Below are positions 11,479 to 23,567 of a DNA stretch of 64,000 nucleotides, piece by piece (position 1 is the first letter of the stretch; the number at the start of each line of letters is the position of its first letter). The notes under the pieces were generated by a model. It saw only the letters and a list, made by a program, of their open reading frames with translations, did no database searches and had not been told where the DNA came from. The translations under genes were made by a program, and so were the position numbers. The stretch is from Octopus sinensis (Eukaryota), in NCBI RefSeq assembly GCF_006345805.1, contig NC_043006.1, positions 14,880,001-14,944,000 of the forward strand, given 5' to 3'.

Positions 11479-11999
11479 AAGGTGGTGAGCTGGCAGGAAC
11501 GTTAGCGTGCCGGATGAAATGCGTAGCCGTATTTCATCTACCATTACGTTCTGAGTTCAAATTCCGCCGAGGTCGACTTTGCCTTTCATCCTTTCAGGGT
11601 CGATAAATTAAGTACCAGTTATGCACTGGGGTCGATGTAATCGACTTAATCCATTTGTCTGTCCTTGTTTGTCCTCTCTATGTTTAGCCCCTTGTGGGTA
11701 GCACCATCAGTTCGTGGCCATTGCCAGCCTTGCCTGGCCCCCGTGCCGGTGGCACGTAAAAGCACCATCCGTTCATGGCCGTTTGCCAGCTCCGTCTGGC
11801 ACCTGTGCGGGTGGCACGTAAAAAGCACCCACTACACTCACGGAGTGGTTGGCATTAGGAAGGGCATCCAGCCGTAGAAACACTGCCAGATCAGACTGTG
11901 CCTGATGCAGCCTTCTGGCTTCACAGACCCCAGTTGAACCGTCCAACCCATGCTAGCATGGAAAGCGGACGCTAAATGATGATGATGATGATGATGATG
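11479..11999 (+). mobile_element. SINE type A (11479-11702) directly followed by an RTE-type 3' tail (11703-11999)
   Basis: Full SINE-A head and core, then immediately the RTE tail family ending in (GAT)n. Confidence 0.75.
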
Positions 12000-12039
12000 A
12001 TTATAATTGACTGAGAATATAACACTCTACCAATCCACC

Positions 12040-12215
12040 CTTGAATGGGGCACCAATCCATAATAGGGTTAACTTCCCTGCTATAGCTGGAACTCATTTA
12101 CAGTTGAGCAAAGTGAGATGAAGTGTTGTGCTTAACAACACAATTCTTTGCCCGGTCTGGGAATTGAAACAATGACCATATGATCACGAGCGTAATACTC
12201 TAACCACCAGGCTAT
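12040..12215 (-). mobile_element. Degenerate tRNA-derived SINE, type D
   Basis: Minus strand reads gcctggtggttagag...gtttcaattcccagaccggg...aagcacaacacttcatctcactttgctc, similar to the copy at 54608. Confidence 0.55.
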
Positions 12216-12557
12216 GTATGTTCACAACTGGTTATGGTATAGTCAGAAAAATTGGAATACAAAGGGTCTCTGATATTTTCCTGTAACTTTTACCTACTTT
12301 CTACTGTTCAATAATTAAGTTTTTCACTGAATTTGTGAGTTCTTTACTTTTCGCCATTATTACGATACTACTTTATGTTGTCTCAGTGCTGAATGAAGAA
12401 GTTAGCCTTTTGATACTTAAAAATGACAACTGATTGATTTATTGGAACAAACAAGAAAGTTCTAGTAAAAAAAAAATTATTTTAACAGTATTTTGTGGCA
12501 TAGAAAATCATAAATTTATTCTGTACGAATACTTTTTTCACCTCTAAATATTTATAA

Positions 12558-12956
12558 TCTTTATATATAAAAGTCAAGTTGTGTGTCTGTCTCCTACGAT
12601 TTAGATTCCTAACTACTCCCACGTTTTGCGGTGCAGTGTAACCAAAACCGGGTATCTTATAGTCATGATTTATATCGAGCCCTTCTGGGTATTAGCACGC
12701 GTCGACGATGAGTCTACGATTTAAAAAAAATTTACCATCATTTTTTCCCATTTTAATGCATTTTTTCGCTATTATATAAGGGAAGTAACTCTCTAAAAAT
12801 GTCTACGATGAGTCAACGATTTAAAAAGAAATTTACCATCATTTTTTTTTTCCATTTTTAATGCATTTTATTGCTATTTTTTGGCTATAACTCTCCAAAA
12901 ATGCTTATATAGTTATTTCCCTTACAAACCCGGGCAACGCCAGGCGATACTGCTAG
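12558..12956 (+). mobile_element. Non-autonomous Helitron-like element
   Basis: Begins A|TC, ends CTAG|T, with subterminal hairpin cccgggcaacgccagg and no TSD. Copies at 34244 and 53261. Confidence 0.75.
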
Positions 12957-13576
12957 TTGTATATAAATTCCTTAGTTACAATAATTTATTAGTTTCTTTT
13001 GCATATTCTTAGTTTATGCATGTGTATGCAAATATAGTATTGGTATATCCCATTTATGTTCATTAGCAATTAAATAAATAAAGAATTTTGACATGTACGA
13101 ATATTTATTTCCCCCCACTACATTTAAAGCAAAATATTTTCAGGGGCCCTTCAAATACTCTTGCGGATCCTCAGTTTACTATTTTGTTGTATGGACCCCC
13201 AAAAATCTTATATGAATCCTTAGGAATCATATGGACCCCAGTTGAGAACCCCTGGTCTACGTGAGAAATCAAACTGAGGAAAATGTACTCACTCAAGACA
13301 TGCAATTCAATATGAACCATGAAGACCTTAACACACGATGATGATACAGTGTGATATTATTTACGTGAAGAAGTGTTACTTGCTTATCTAAATATAGTTA
13401 GAAGGCTTCTCAATAGATCAAGTCAAGATTAGAGAACATGGGATGATGTATGTATGTATGTATGTATGGTCATGTGTGAGCAATGAGAAAGAGGGAGAGA
13501 GACAGATAGAAAACGGTGAAGGGGAGAAAAAGGGAATTAGAGAAAAGGATGAGAGAGTAAATGATGAACAGGAGAA

Positions 13577-13633
<57 letters not shown>

Positions 13634-13769
13634 CAGAGTGAGAGAGTGCTAATAGTAAGGAATTATCAATCCAGGAAAAATGTATGTTCATATATGTGTA
13701 TGTTTGGCAGCAGCTTCTTTAGCTGAGACTAGTAGAGAAAAAAATAAAGAAGATAAAATAAAGAATTTA

Positions 13770-13945
13770 GGTATAGGCATGGCTGTGTAAGAAGCTTGCT
13801 TCTCAACCACATGGTTGTGGGTTCCGCCCCACTGCGTGACACCTTGGGCGAATGTCTTCTACTATAGCCTTGAGCTGACCAAAACCTTGTGAATGGATTT
13901 GGTATAGAGAAACTGTAAGAAGCCCGTCGTATATTTATAGATATA
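13770..13945 (+). mobile_element. SINE type B, 5' half
   Basis: ggcatggctgtgtaagaagcttgct...ccttgggcgaatgtcttc... Confidence 0.7.
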
Positions 13946-13964
13946 TATATATATATATACCTAT

Positions 13965-14285
13965 GTGTATGATCTGGACGTCCTGACATGGGAGGAGGTT
14001 GCAAATGATCACCCACACTGGAGGCAAATGCTGCGAAAGGAAATGAAGAGAGAAGAAGAAAAACAGGTGCTTGCCATCAAAGAAAAGCGCACTTGATGGA
14101 AGGAAAAATCAGCAGCACTAGCAGAGAGCTCCTTCAGATGCAGTCGCTGTATGCGTGACTGCCGCCTCCCATGTGGGTCTGTACAACCACAACAGACGCT
14201 GCACCACCATCAGCAGCTGACACGATTCCTTTGGGTGCAGTTCCATGGCTTCTCAAGACTGATGGATGCCTACTACTACTGCTAC
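13965..14285 (+). mobile_element. RTE (Bov-B-like) ORF2 C-terminal fragment with C2H2-like finger and 3' UTR
   Basis: Translation TWEEVANDHPHWRQ...FRCSRCMRDC..(fs)HVGLYNHNRRC, then ...ctgatggatgcc(TAC)n. Confidence 0.7.
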
Positions 14286-14309
14286 TATATATATATATAT
14301 ATATATATA

Positions 14310-14988
14310 TCATCATCATCATTATCGTTTAACATCCGCTTTCCATGCTAGCATTGGCTGGACAGCTCGTCTGGGGTCTGGGAAACCAGGAGGCTACACC
14401 AAGCCAGGTGAGGCTGGCAATGGCCACGATCGGCTGGTGCTTTTTACGTTCCACTGGCATGAAGGCCAGTCTAAGCGCCGCTGGCAATGGCCATGTTCGG
14501 ATGGTTCTTTTACATGCCACTGGCACTGGTATCATAACTGCAATTTCCATTGACTTTTGATCGATTTCGATTTCACTTGCCTCAACAGGTCTTCGCAAGT
14601 AGAGCTTTGTGTCCCAAGAAGGAAAGGTATGCAGAAGTGGACTGGCTACATCCCAGGTAAAGGCCACGGGTTGTGGTCTCACTTGTCCTGCCGGGTCTTC
14701 TCATGCACAGCATACTTCCAAAGGTCTTCGTCATACACAAACACATACCACATGCCACTGGCACTGGTATCATAACTGCAATTTCCATTGACTTTTGATC
14801 GATTTCGATTTCACTTGCCTCAACAGGTCTTCGCAAGTAGAGTTTTGTGTCCCAAGAAGGAAAGGTATGCAGAAGTGGACTGGCTACATCCCAGGTAAAG
14901 GCCACGGGTTGTGGTCTCACTTGTCCTGCCGGGTCTTCTCACGCACAGCATACTTCCAAAGGTCTTCGTCATACACAAACACATACAG
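14310..14988 (-). mobile_element. RTE 3' end (ORF stop ...DLWKYAVREKTRQDK* plus 3' UTR and (GAT)n), with a 238-bp tandem duplication
   Basis: Duplicate units at ~14513-14750 and ~14751-14988. This copy links the abundant (CAT)n-tailed repeat to an RTE ORF. Confidence 0.75.
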
Positions 14989-15703
14989 AGACATCTCTCA
15001 GAAACACATTTTTTTAAAAATAGGGATAATGCATATGCAACATGAGTTACCACATGTGCAATATGGGACAAAGCATGTACAATGCATTCATAAAAACACA
15101 TGTACAATACTTCCAGTAAATGTGCTTGTGCTATGTGAAGTCAATTGATATATTGCAGTTGCTCAGATACAGGAGTATACTCAGAGAAGCAGGTTCAAGC
15201 CTCGCATATATTTCCTTTTAGCTATCTTTCAGTGAAAATAACTTGCGTTTGTATTTGCACAAGTGAACAAATAATTTATATACTACAGACCCGCCAGTCA
15301 TCAGTTGACACATGAGGGCTCTGCAATTTCTAGCTGAACAACTGCGTAGATGGTTTGTTTAAAGTTATCAAATGTCTGTGTACTCATAAAGCTCACTTCC
15401 TATCAAATTGACATTACCTGTACAAGTGCATAACATATTACATGTCAGATGACTAAATTAATGCAGAGCAATGTGAAATGAAGTATTTTATTCAGGAATA
15501 CAACACCATGCGCAGTCTGGGAACCAAAACCACAATCTCACAATTGTCAATGCAATACCATAAATAATCCTTGAATGGAATTTACAAATATTTTAATACA
15601 TCACTATGCATGTTTACACAAATCACATGTTTCTTAAGATCATAGTCTGTATTCCTGGGATGATTACAGTACAGTTCATAGTATCTGTGGACATTGGATA
15701 TAT

Positions 15704-15745
<42 letters not shown>

Positions 15746-17267
15746 GTGAAAGCACCCACTACACTCTCACAGTTGTTGGCGTTAAGAAGGACATCCAGCT
15801 GTAGAAACTCTGCCAGATCAGATTGGAGCCTGGTGCAGCCATCTGGTTCGCCAGTCCTCAGTCAAATCGTCCAACTCATGCCAGCATGGAAAGCGAACTT
15901 TAAATGATGATGATGATGACATATATACACATATATACATAGGTACATACATACATACAAACATACATACATACGTACATACATACATACCATACATATG
16001 TACATGCATACATACATACATACGTACATACATACCATACATATGTACATGCATATATATCTGTTATTTCCTGAGTACAAAAACAGAGTGGACGGGACTG
16101 TCCAGAGAAACTTTGTCACTACCTTACCCAGCTATAAAGAGCAGCCGAAATACACCTTAAAATATTGGCATGCCACACAATACAGCCCTCTCTCTCGCTT
16201 TCTTTACTTCTATCTCTTTCACTGTCTCATCTTAAAAAAACCAGGAATATTACATTGGATAATATTGTCACAGAGAACCCTAAAATCTCAAGATCTGTTT
16301 TATTAGAGCTGACTTGGAACTGAACAATGACAGGAATGAAGAGAAATAACAACAACAGAATGCGTACAAAGAACAATTATTTGGTGGAAATTCAGAGCCA
16401 TTTCCACGTCATAAGGATTATTTGTCATTTTCTTTTTGTGCCTTATAATGTAACACACTCACCGGTAAAATTTCCACTTTTTTCTTATTTTTATTTTCCT
16501 AAAATTTTCGTTGCATCTTGCTACCTTTTCAATAGTCTTGACTCTGTCCCTTATTTACACTGTGTTCCCTTTTGTTTGTTTGTGCACATGTATCAGTGTG
16601 TGTGTGTGAGCCTATACATGCATGCATGTACGTATAGGACAATAAAAATAAGAAAAAAGTGGAAATTTTACCGGTGAGTGTGTTACATAATAAGGCACAA
16701 AACGAAAATTACTCTCCCCAGACACAACAGAATATGCTTCAACACACAAACTCATATAAAGAATCTTACAAACCAAATCCCAAAACGAAATAAAGATTAT
16801 TTGGTTATGCTAAAACCTTTTCTTTTCTTTCTTCTCACCTATGTTACTCACCTTCAAAAGTCTCAATGATGCACCTTTGTCTTAAATTTTATCAGGGATG
16901 TGTTGTGGTTAGCATCACCTATGATCTATTCAGGCCCTTCTAAATTTGATGTTACTATTCTGTTTGAAACTTTAATCAGTTGACACCTGGTAAGGATACA
17001 CAGAAAAAAAAAAAAAGTAAGCATCAAGCCTCAAAATTCAGAAAGGTATTTATCAAAATTCAGAAAGGTATTTAACAAGTATTGCAAACTAAGAGGAAGA
17101 AAAAAATTAAATATCAGGTTGAGTCAAAAGTAAGCAACGTTTTGAAACATGAAATTCATCACAATATATTTCAACAATGTGGAAATTTTATACATCAAAG
17201 TAAGTACCATTACAAACAACACATTTTGGCCAACAAATTACAAGTTTATTTATTCCATCATTATCAT

Positions 17268-17635
17268 CATCATCATCATCATCACCATCGTTTAATGTCT
17301 GCTTTCCATGCTAGCATGGATTGGACGATTTGACTGAGGGCTGGCGAACCAGATGGCTGCACCAGGCTCCAATCTTGATCAGGCAGAGTTTCTACAGCTG
17401 GATGCCCTTCCTAATGCCAACCACTCCGAGAGTGTAGTGGGTGCTTTTTACATGCCACCGGCACGGGGGCCAGTCAGGCGGTACTGGCAATGACCTCGCT
17501 CGAATCTTTTTACACATGCCACCAGCACAGGTGCCAGTAAGGTGACGTTGGTAACGACCATGCTCCAATGGTGCCCTTTTACGTGCCACTGGCATGGAAG
17601 CCAATTGGCTGCTCTGGCAATGCTCACACTCATAT
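17268..17635 (-). mobile_element. RTE-type 3' UTR fragment
   Basis: Same tail family; further copies at 15752-15918 (+), 17883-18310 (-), 19404-19630 (-), 27862-28173 (+), 30863-30970 (-) and 58083-58285 (+). Confidence 0.7.
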
Positions 17636-18627
17636 GGTGTGGACAGTTTGACCAGAACTGGCAAGCAGTTTCTGTGGCTCAGCATCTCTCTAAGTCACTG
17701 ATTGGTCAGAATAATGTTGCTGTAAGTACACCTGTTGATGTCAGCTTGTCTCATTAGTTGAGGCTGAGGACAAAAGTAAGCTCCTAATTTTTTTATGGGT
17801 CTACGTTTGAGCCAGTAGAGGTATTGCAAAATGTAATAACACAAATTATTCACTACACTCACAAGTGTGAACCATATTACAATCATCATCATCATCATCA
17901 TCATCGTTTAACATCTGCTTTCCATGCTAGCATGGGTTGGACGGTTTGACCGGGGTCTGGGAAGCCAGGAGGCTGCACCAGGCTCTAGTCTGATCTGGCA
18001 GTGTTTCTATAGCTGGATGCCCTTCATAACGCCAACCACTCTGTGAGTGTAGTGGGTTCTTTTTACGTGCCACCAGCACAGGTGCCAAGCGAGGCTGCCA
18101 ACGGTCATGATTGGTTGGTGCTTTTTACGTGCCACCAGCACAGAGGCCAGTCGAGGCGGCGCTGGCAACAGCCACATTCGGATGGTTCTTTTACATGCCA
18201 CCAGCACTGGTATCACAACTACAATTTCCCTTGAATTTTGATCGATTTCGATTTCACTTGCCTCAACAGGTCTTCACAAGCAGAGCTTTGTGTCCCAAGA
18301 AGGAAAGGTTAACAATATATCTGGAATATCTGGGTGGAGTAGCATCAACCCCAGAAATGATTCTATTCATTGACACACCTTATATATTATGAGAGGGTGC
18401 TGAAAAGTTCCTGGCTTTGGGTAAAGCCAGAAAATACAGGAAGATCAGTTAATTAGGATCTCATTCAACATATTCCCCTCTCAGATCTCTCAGATTCACA
18501 CAATTATTGTTGTGGTCCTTCAGTTTTCCTAAGCTCTACAAAAGAACTTGGAAAGTTGGGTTTCCAACCAGGGTTTTGCGATACCCTTAAGACCAGCAAC
18601 TTTTCACTTGTCAGCCCCACTTCATAT

Positions 18628-19125
18628 ATCATCATCATCATCATCATCATCATTTAACGTCCGCTTTCCATGCTAGCATGGGTTGGACGGTTCAACTGGG
18701 GTCTGGGGAGCCCGAAGGCTGCACCAGGCCAGTCAGATCTGGCAGTGTTTCTACAGCTGGATGCCCTTCCTAACGCCAACCACTCCGAGAGTGTAGTGGG
18801 TGATTTTATATGCCACCGACACAGGTGCCAGACGAGGCTGGTGAACGTCCACGCTCGGATGGTGTTTTTTATGTGCCACCGACACAGGTGCCAGACGAGG
18901 CTGGCAGATGGCCACGCTCGGATGGTGTTTTTATGTGCCACCGACACAAGTGCCAGATGAGGCTGGCGAACGGCCACGATCGGATGGTGTTTGTTACGTG
19001 CCCACAGCACGGAGGCCAGTCGATGCGGTACTGGCTACGGCCACGTTCGGATGGTTTTCTTGTGTGCCACCGGCACTGGTACCACGAAGATACAAATTCC
19101 ATTGATGTTCATCTATTTTGATTTT
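18628..19125 (-). mobile_element. RTE-type 3' UTR with ~62-bp internal tandem units
   Basis: Repeated gtgccaccgacacaggtgccagacgaggctggc units; near-identical inverted copy at 22325-22830. Confidence 0.75.
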
Positions 19126-19189
19126 TTATAATAAATAAAAATAAATGCACCCTTTTTAAAGCCTAACCAGGCTCATGGGCCTGGTTTCC

Positions 19190-19368
19190 CAGCTGAACGG
19201 GACACCAGTCCATCGCAGCGTTACTCGTTTTTGCCAGCTGAGTGGACTGGAGCACTGTGAAATGAAGTGTTTTCCTCAAGAAAACAACGCGTTGCCTGGT
19301 CCAGGAATCGAAACCACAATCTTACGATCATGATGTTGACACCCTAACCACTAAGCCATGCGCCTCCA
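19190..19368 (-). mobile_element. tRNA-derived SINE, type D
   Basis: Minus strand head GGAGGCGCATGGCTTAGTGGTTAGG and B-box GGTTTCGATTCC. Confidence 0.7.
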
Positions 19369-19630
19369 TACACTTCGTATATATATGTGTATATATATGT
19401 GTGTCATCATCATCATCATCATCGTTTAGCGTCCGTTTTCCATGCTAGCATGGGTTGGACGGTTCTACTGGGGTCTGTGAAGCCAGAAGGCTTCATCAAG
19501 CCCAGTCAAATCTGGCAGTGTTTCTACAGCTGGATGCCCTTCCTAATGCCAACCACTCCGTGAGTGTAGTGGGTGCTTTTTACGTGCCACCCGCACTGGT
19601 GCCAGACAGAGCTGGCAATGCCAGACAGAG

Positions 19631-19666
<36 letters not shown>

Positions 19667-20272
19667 TTATACATATATATATATATATATACAATGTGAT
19701 GCAGCACGGATTTGTCAGTGAACAGGTCGCGGATTTTAGCGACGAAAATATTTTGACAAATTAAACTTAAATGTTGAAGTGAACCGAACGGCTTATGTGT
19801 GTTTCTTAAATGGCTTACAAACACCTTCCACGCTGCAATTGTTTTCGTTTCAGCACACGATCTCAGATCAAATTACTTGCTATGCGAGTACATCTCCTAT
19901 ATATATATAGATATATAAAGAAAATGGAAATTGGGAATCAATAATTGTTTATTATTAACAGAAATAAATCATCTTCACATACAGCTGTTTCAATTGATAC
20001 TCAGTAAATATCAAATTTATATTTATATGACCTGAGCATATCTTCTCAAAGGAAAAAAAAATACCCTTGGATGTCTAATGTGTTTATGGATTCATTGTAA
20101 CAGACTGAATGTTATGGTTTATGATATGTATTGTTATGTGTTCGGTTGAGGGGTTTACAGGTTGATCAGAGATAACATAGAGTAGGTAAATAGAATTAGA
20201 ACAATAAATGAATAAATTAAATAAGAAATGATAGAGGAAATTTAAATATAAATAAAGTAAGTTTATAGTTAA

Positions 20273-20647
20273 CTAGCAGTATCGCCCTGCATTGCTCTGG
20301 TGTGTTTCAACCCTTCAGAATTGGAATTTTTGAAAAGTAAAAATATTGCATTATGTAGCTTGTTATTCTCTTTAAGTGAACATTTTTCTGGTTGGAATAC
20401 ACCGAAAAATGGCGACACAGCAGTCAAAAAATCCTAAAAAAATAGGGATTTTCATAGAAAAAAGCACCTTTTTCATGTAAGTAATTTTTGGTGTTAACAT
20501 GGTTCGGTTTGAATTTTTTCTTCTATGGAAGGAAGAGCAAGCCTTCTTCTATCATACTCTCAATTTTGGTCAACTTGCGCTGCAGGGTCTCAGAGGAGAT
20601 AGTGTTAGTTGAAGGCTACCAAACCTGCCATACACAGACAACTTCAG
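20273..20647 (-). mobile_element. Helitron-like non-autonomous element, second subfamily, 5'-interrupted
   Basis: 3' end CTAG|T with a gcaatgcagggcgatactg terminus. A more complete copy lies at 35290-35672. Confidence 0.6.
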
Positions 20648-20685
20648 CTGTCCGATGAATGGGAACGTGAAACTCCGAGTAACAG
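20648..20685 (+). ncRNA. Type I minimal hammerhead ribozyme variant (U4C)
   Basis: ctgt-CCGATGA-atg(ggaa)cgt-GAAA-ctc(c)gag-T-A-acag: helices I, II and III all pair; GUA cleavage triplet. Confidence 0.6.
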
Positions 20686-20787
20686 GTTTTGTTGAATTTC
20701 TGCTGCTTTTAAATAAAGCATATTACTCTCCCTCTGGTATTTGAGTACTCTTTTTTCCACCTTGTTTCACATTTATGTGTTTACTCG

Positions 20788-20840
<53 letters not shown>

Positions 20841-20844
<4 letters not shown>

Positions 20845-21478
20845 AAATGATTTTATACTCAAATGCAGGATGATGCTAGTAATATACCATGAAGAGGATA
20901 AACTATTCATATTTTGCAGAAAAATCTGTCAGAGGCCAGCCATGAGACTTAAACTCACATCCCTGTGATTCCGCATCAAGTGTTTTACCATTCAGCTAAA
21001 CTGCCCCAAAGACAAATTCTTCTGTAAAATTAGGATATATGAATCTAGCGTTATAAGAAGCCATCGTATGTTAAATTCAGCTTGTGTTGAAAGTCAACAA
21101 ACAAACTCTCCTTCAGAAGCATTGAGATGTATTGAAAGATACAGAGAGGGAAATAGTTTTATTCTCAAACACAAATTTTATTCTCAATACATCTCAACAT
21201 TTCTAAAGCTAACTTTGTTTGTTATCTTTCAACGTAAATTGAATTTAACATATGATAGCATCTTATAAAGCTAGATTGATATATCCTAAATTTGCAGAAG
21301 AATTTGTCATTGGAGCAATTTAGCTTAATGGTAAAGCATTTGACATGTAATCACAAGGATGTAAGTTCTAGTCTCATGGCTGGCTGCTGACATATTTTTC
21401 TGCAAAATATGGCTAGTTTATCCTATTCATGCTATATTATTAGCATTATCCTGCATTTAATAATAAAATTAATACCTT
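20841..21478. repeat. Degenerate foldback element with a tRNA-like sequence in each arm
   Basis: Arms mirror about ~21160. tRNA-like segments at 21312-21385 (+) and ~20935-21008 (-). Confidence 0.65.
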
Positions 21479-21959
21479 ATCTGTATCTTTCAAAACATGC
21501 TTTATTTAAAAGCAGCAGAAATTCAGAAATTGAGAGTATGATAGAAGAAGGCTTGCTCTTCCTTCCATAGAAGAAAAAATTCAAATCGGACCATGTTAAC
21601 ACCAAAAATTACTTACATGAAAAGGGTGCTTTTTTTCTATGAAAATCCCTATTTTTTACTTTGTTTGTTGGCTTTCAATGTAAGTTGAATTTTATATATA
21701 TATAATGTACAAATTATATACAGGGGCGGTGAATAAACATATATATAGAACAAATAGTGAGAAATTGATTTTCGTAGGTCTACCCATCTGTCTCAATAGA
21801 TCAATAGACGAATTTTATAAACCTATCAGTAACGTACCACTAATGACTACTAGAAACAGCTGTAAACTAAATTTGATCAGATAAAGGAATTATATGTAAT
21901 GATCATTATTTTAAACTTGTTTCTGATGTGTGTGTGTGTGTGTGTGTCTATACATATAT

Positions 21960-22260
21960 ATCACGTGACAGATCAGTCCATCAGATGTAGTTACACATCG
22001 CTGGTCACAATGCGCTTCGCATTGTTTTAGCCTTCGAATGACGCCACCCCGCTGGCTAAGCGAGCAGGCCAACAGAAGAAAGAGTGAGAGAAAGTTGTGG
22101 TGAAAGAGTACAGCAGGGATCACCACCATCCCCTGCCGGAGCCTCGTGGAGCTTTTTCGGTGTTTTCGCTCAATAAACACACACAACGCCCGGTCTGGGA
22201 ATCGAAACCTCGATCCTACGACCGTGAGTCCGCTGCCCTAACCATTGGGCCATTGCGCCT
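21960..22260 (-). mobile_element. tRNA-derived SINE, type C (head GAGGCGCAATGGCCCAATGG)
   Basis: A-box-like head, GGTTTCGATTCCC B-box, and a tail ending cacgtga(TA)n. Copy at 29299. Confidence 0.8.
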
Positions 22261-22285
22261 CGACATATACATATATATATGTGTG

Positions 22286-22318
<33 letters not shown>

Positions 22319-22324
22319 ATATAT

Positions 22325-22830
22325 CAAAACAAATCAAAATAGATGAACATCAATGGAATTTGTATCTTTGTGGTACCAGTGCCGGTGGCACGTGGCACAC
22401 AAGAAAACCATCCGAACGTGGCCGTAGCCAGTACCGCATCGACTGGCCTCCGTGCTGTGGGCACGTAACAAACACCATCCGATTGTGGCCGTTTGCCAGC
22501 CTCATCTGGCACCTGTGTCGGTGGCACATAAAAACACCATCCGAGCGTGGCCGTCTGCCAGCCTCGTCTGGCACCTGTGTCAGTGGCACATAAAAAAACA
22601 CCATCCGAGCGTGGTCGTTTGCCAGCCTCGTCTGGCACCTGTGTCGGTGGCACATAAAATCACCCACTACACTCTCGGAGTGGTTGGCGTTAGGAAGGGC
22701 ATCCAGCTGTAGAAACACTGCCAGATCTGACTGGACTGGTGCAGCCTTCGGGCTCCCCAGACCCCAGTTGAACCGTCCAACCCATGCTAGCATGGAAAGC
22801 GGACGTTAAATGATGATGATGATGATGATG
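22325..22830 (+). mobile_element. RTE-type 3' UTR, inverted twin of 18628-19125
   Basis: Shares the same 5' end (caaaatagatgaacatcaatggaatttg) and the same subrepeat structure. Confidence 0.75.
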
Positions 22831-23485
22831 ATATATATATATATATATATATATATAGTCGATCTGAACAAGCAAGAAAAAACAACAACGCGAGGATGTG
22901 GAACAAGTACTGTGTTATTGGATGCTCAGGAAAGGAAAGAAATGAAACAGGATTTCATGTTTCGAGTAGAGCTCTCCATCAGGAATATAGAAAAAGTCCA
23001 AAGAAGGGAAGACGGAGAAAGAAAATCACCAACGATACACATGCGGTCACATATTGAAATGACCAGAAGGGAATGGGTGAAGAAAAAGTTCTTTCTAAGA
23101 AGGAAAGTGCAAGAGAAGGAGGCATGTGTGTGTATGTGTGGGTATGTGAATGTGTAGAGGTCTGTGTGAGTATGTGTGGGTATGTGCATGTGTACAGGTC
23201 TGTGTGAGTATGTGTGTGTGTTATGATAGCATCTATATGAGTGGTTGTGGCTGTTAATGTATGTGTGTGGTTGGACTAGATTCACTTAAAGTTGTAGGAA
23301 GAATTTATGGTAAGGATTTTGGTAGGAGTGGTTGTCTGTTGTGTGTCTCTCTCTCTCTATATATACATATATATATATAGTTAATCCAAACAGAAAACAC
23401 AGAAAAAAAAGAGAAAAAAACACAGCAACGCGAGGACGTGGAACAATTAAAGTATTATTTGACACTCAGGAAAGAAGGGAAGGAG

Positions 23486-23567
<82 letters not shown>

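Noticed and set aside
10278-12463. Candidate upstream exons of the DUF229 gene on the minus strand (acceptor/donor-like pairs at ~10487-10278 and ~12463-12296)
   Set aside because: Only consensus-like dinucleotide contexts in AT-rich DNA, with no ORF support; needs RNA-seq.
18780-19030. Regular ~62-bp repeats that look superficially CRISPR-like (also at 22450-22660)
   Set aside because: The units are contiguous tandem subrepeats of an RTE-type 3' UTR with no unique spacers; eukaryotic context; no cas genes.
19975-20010. GAAA-cagctg-TA motifs on the minus strand (also ~25265-25330) as hammerheads
   Set aside because: A palindromic helix-III-like segment is present, but the CUGANGA core and helix I are not recoverable.
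21312-21385. Possible functional tRNA gene
   Set aside because: Acceptor and T stems do not pair convincingly and the B-box is degenerate. All other tRNA-like sequences are SINE heads.
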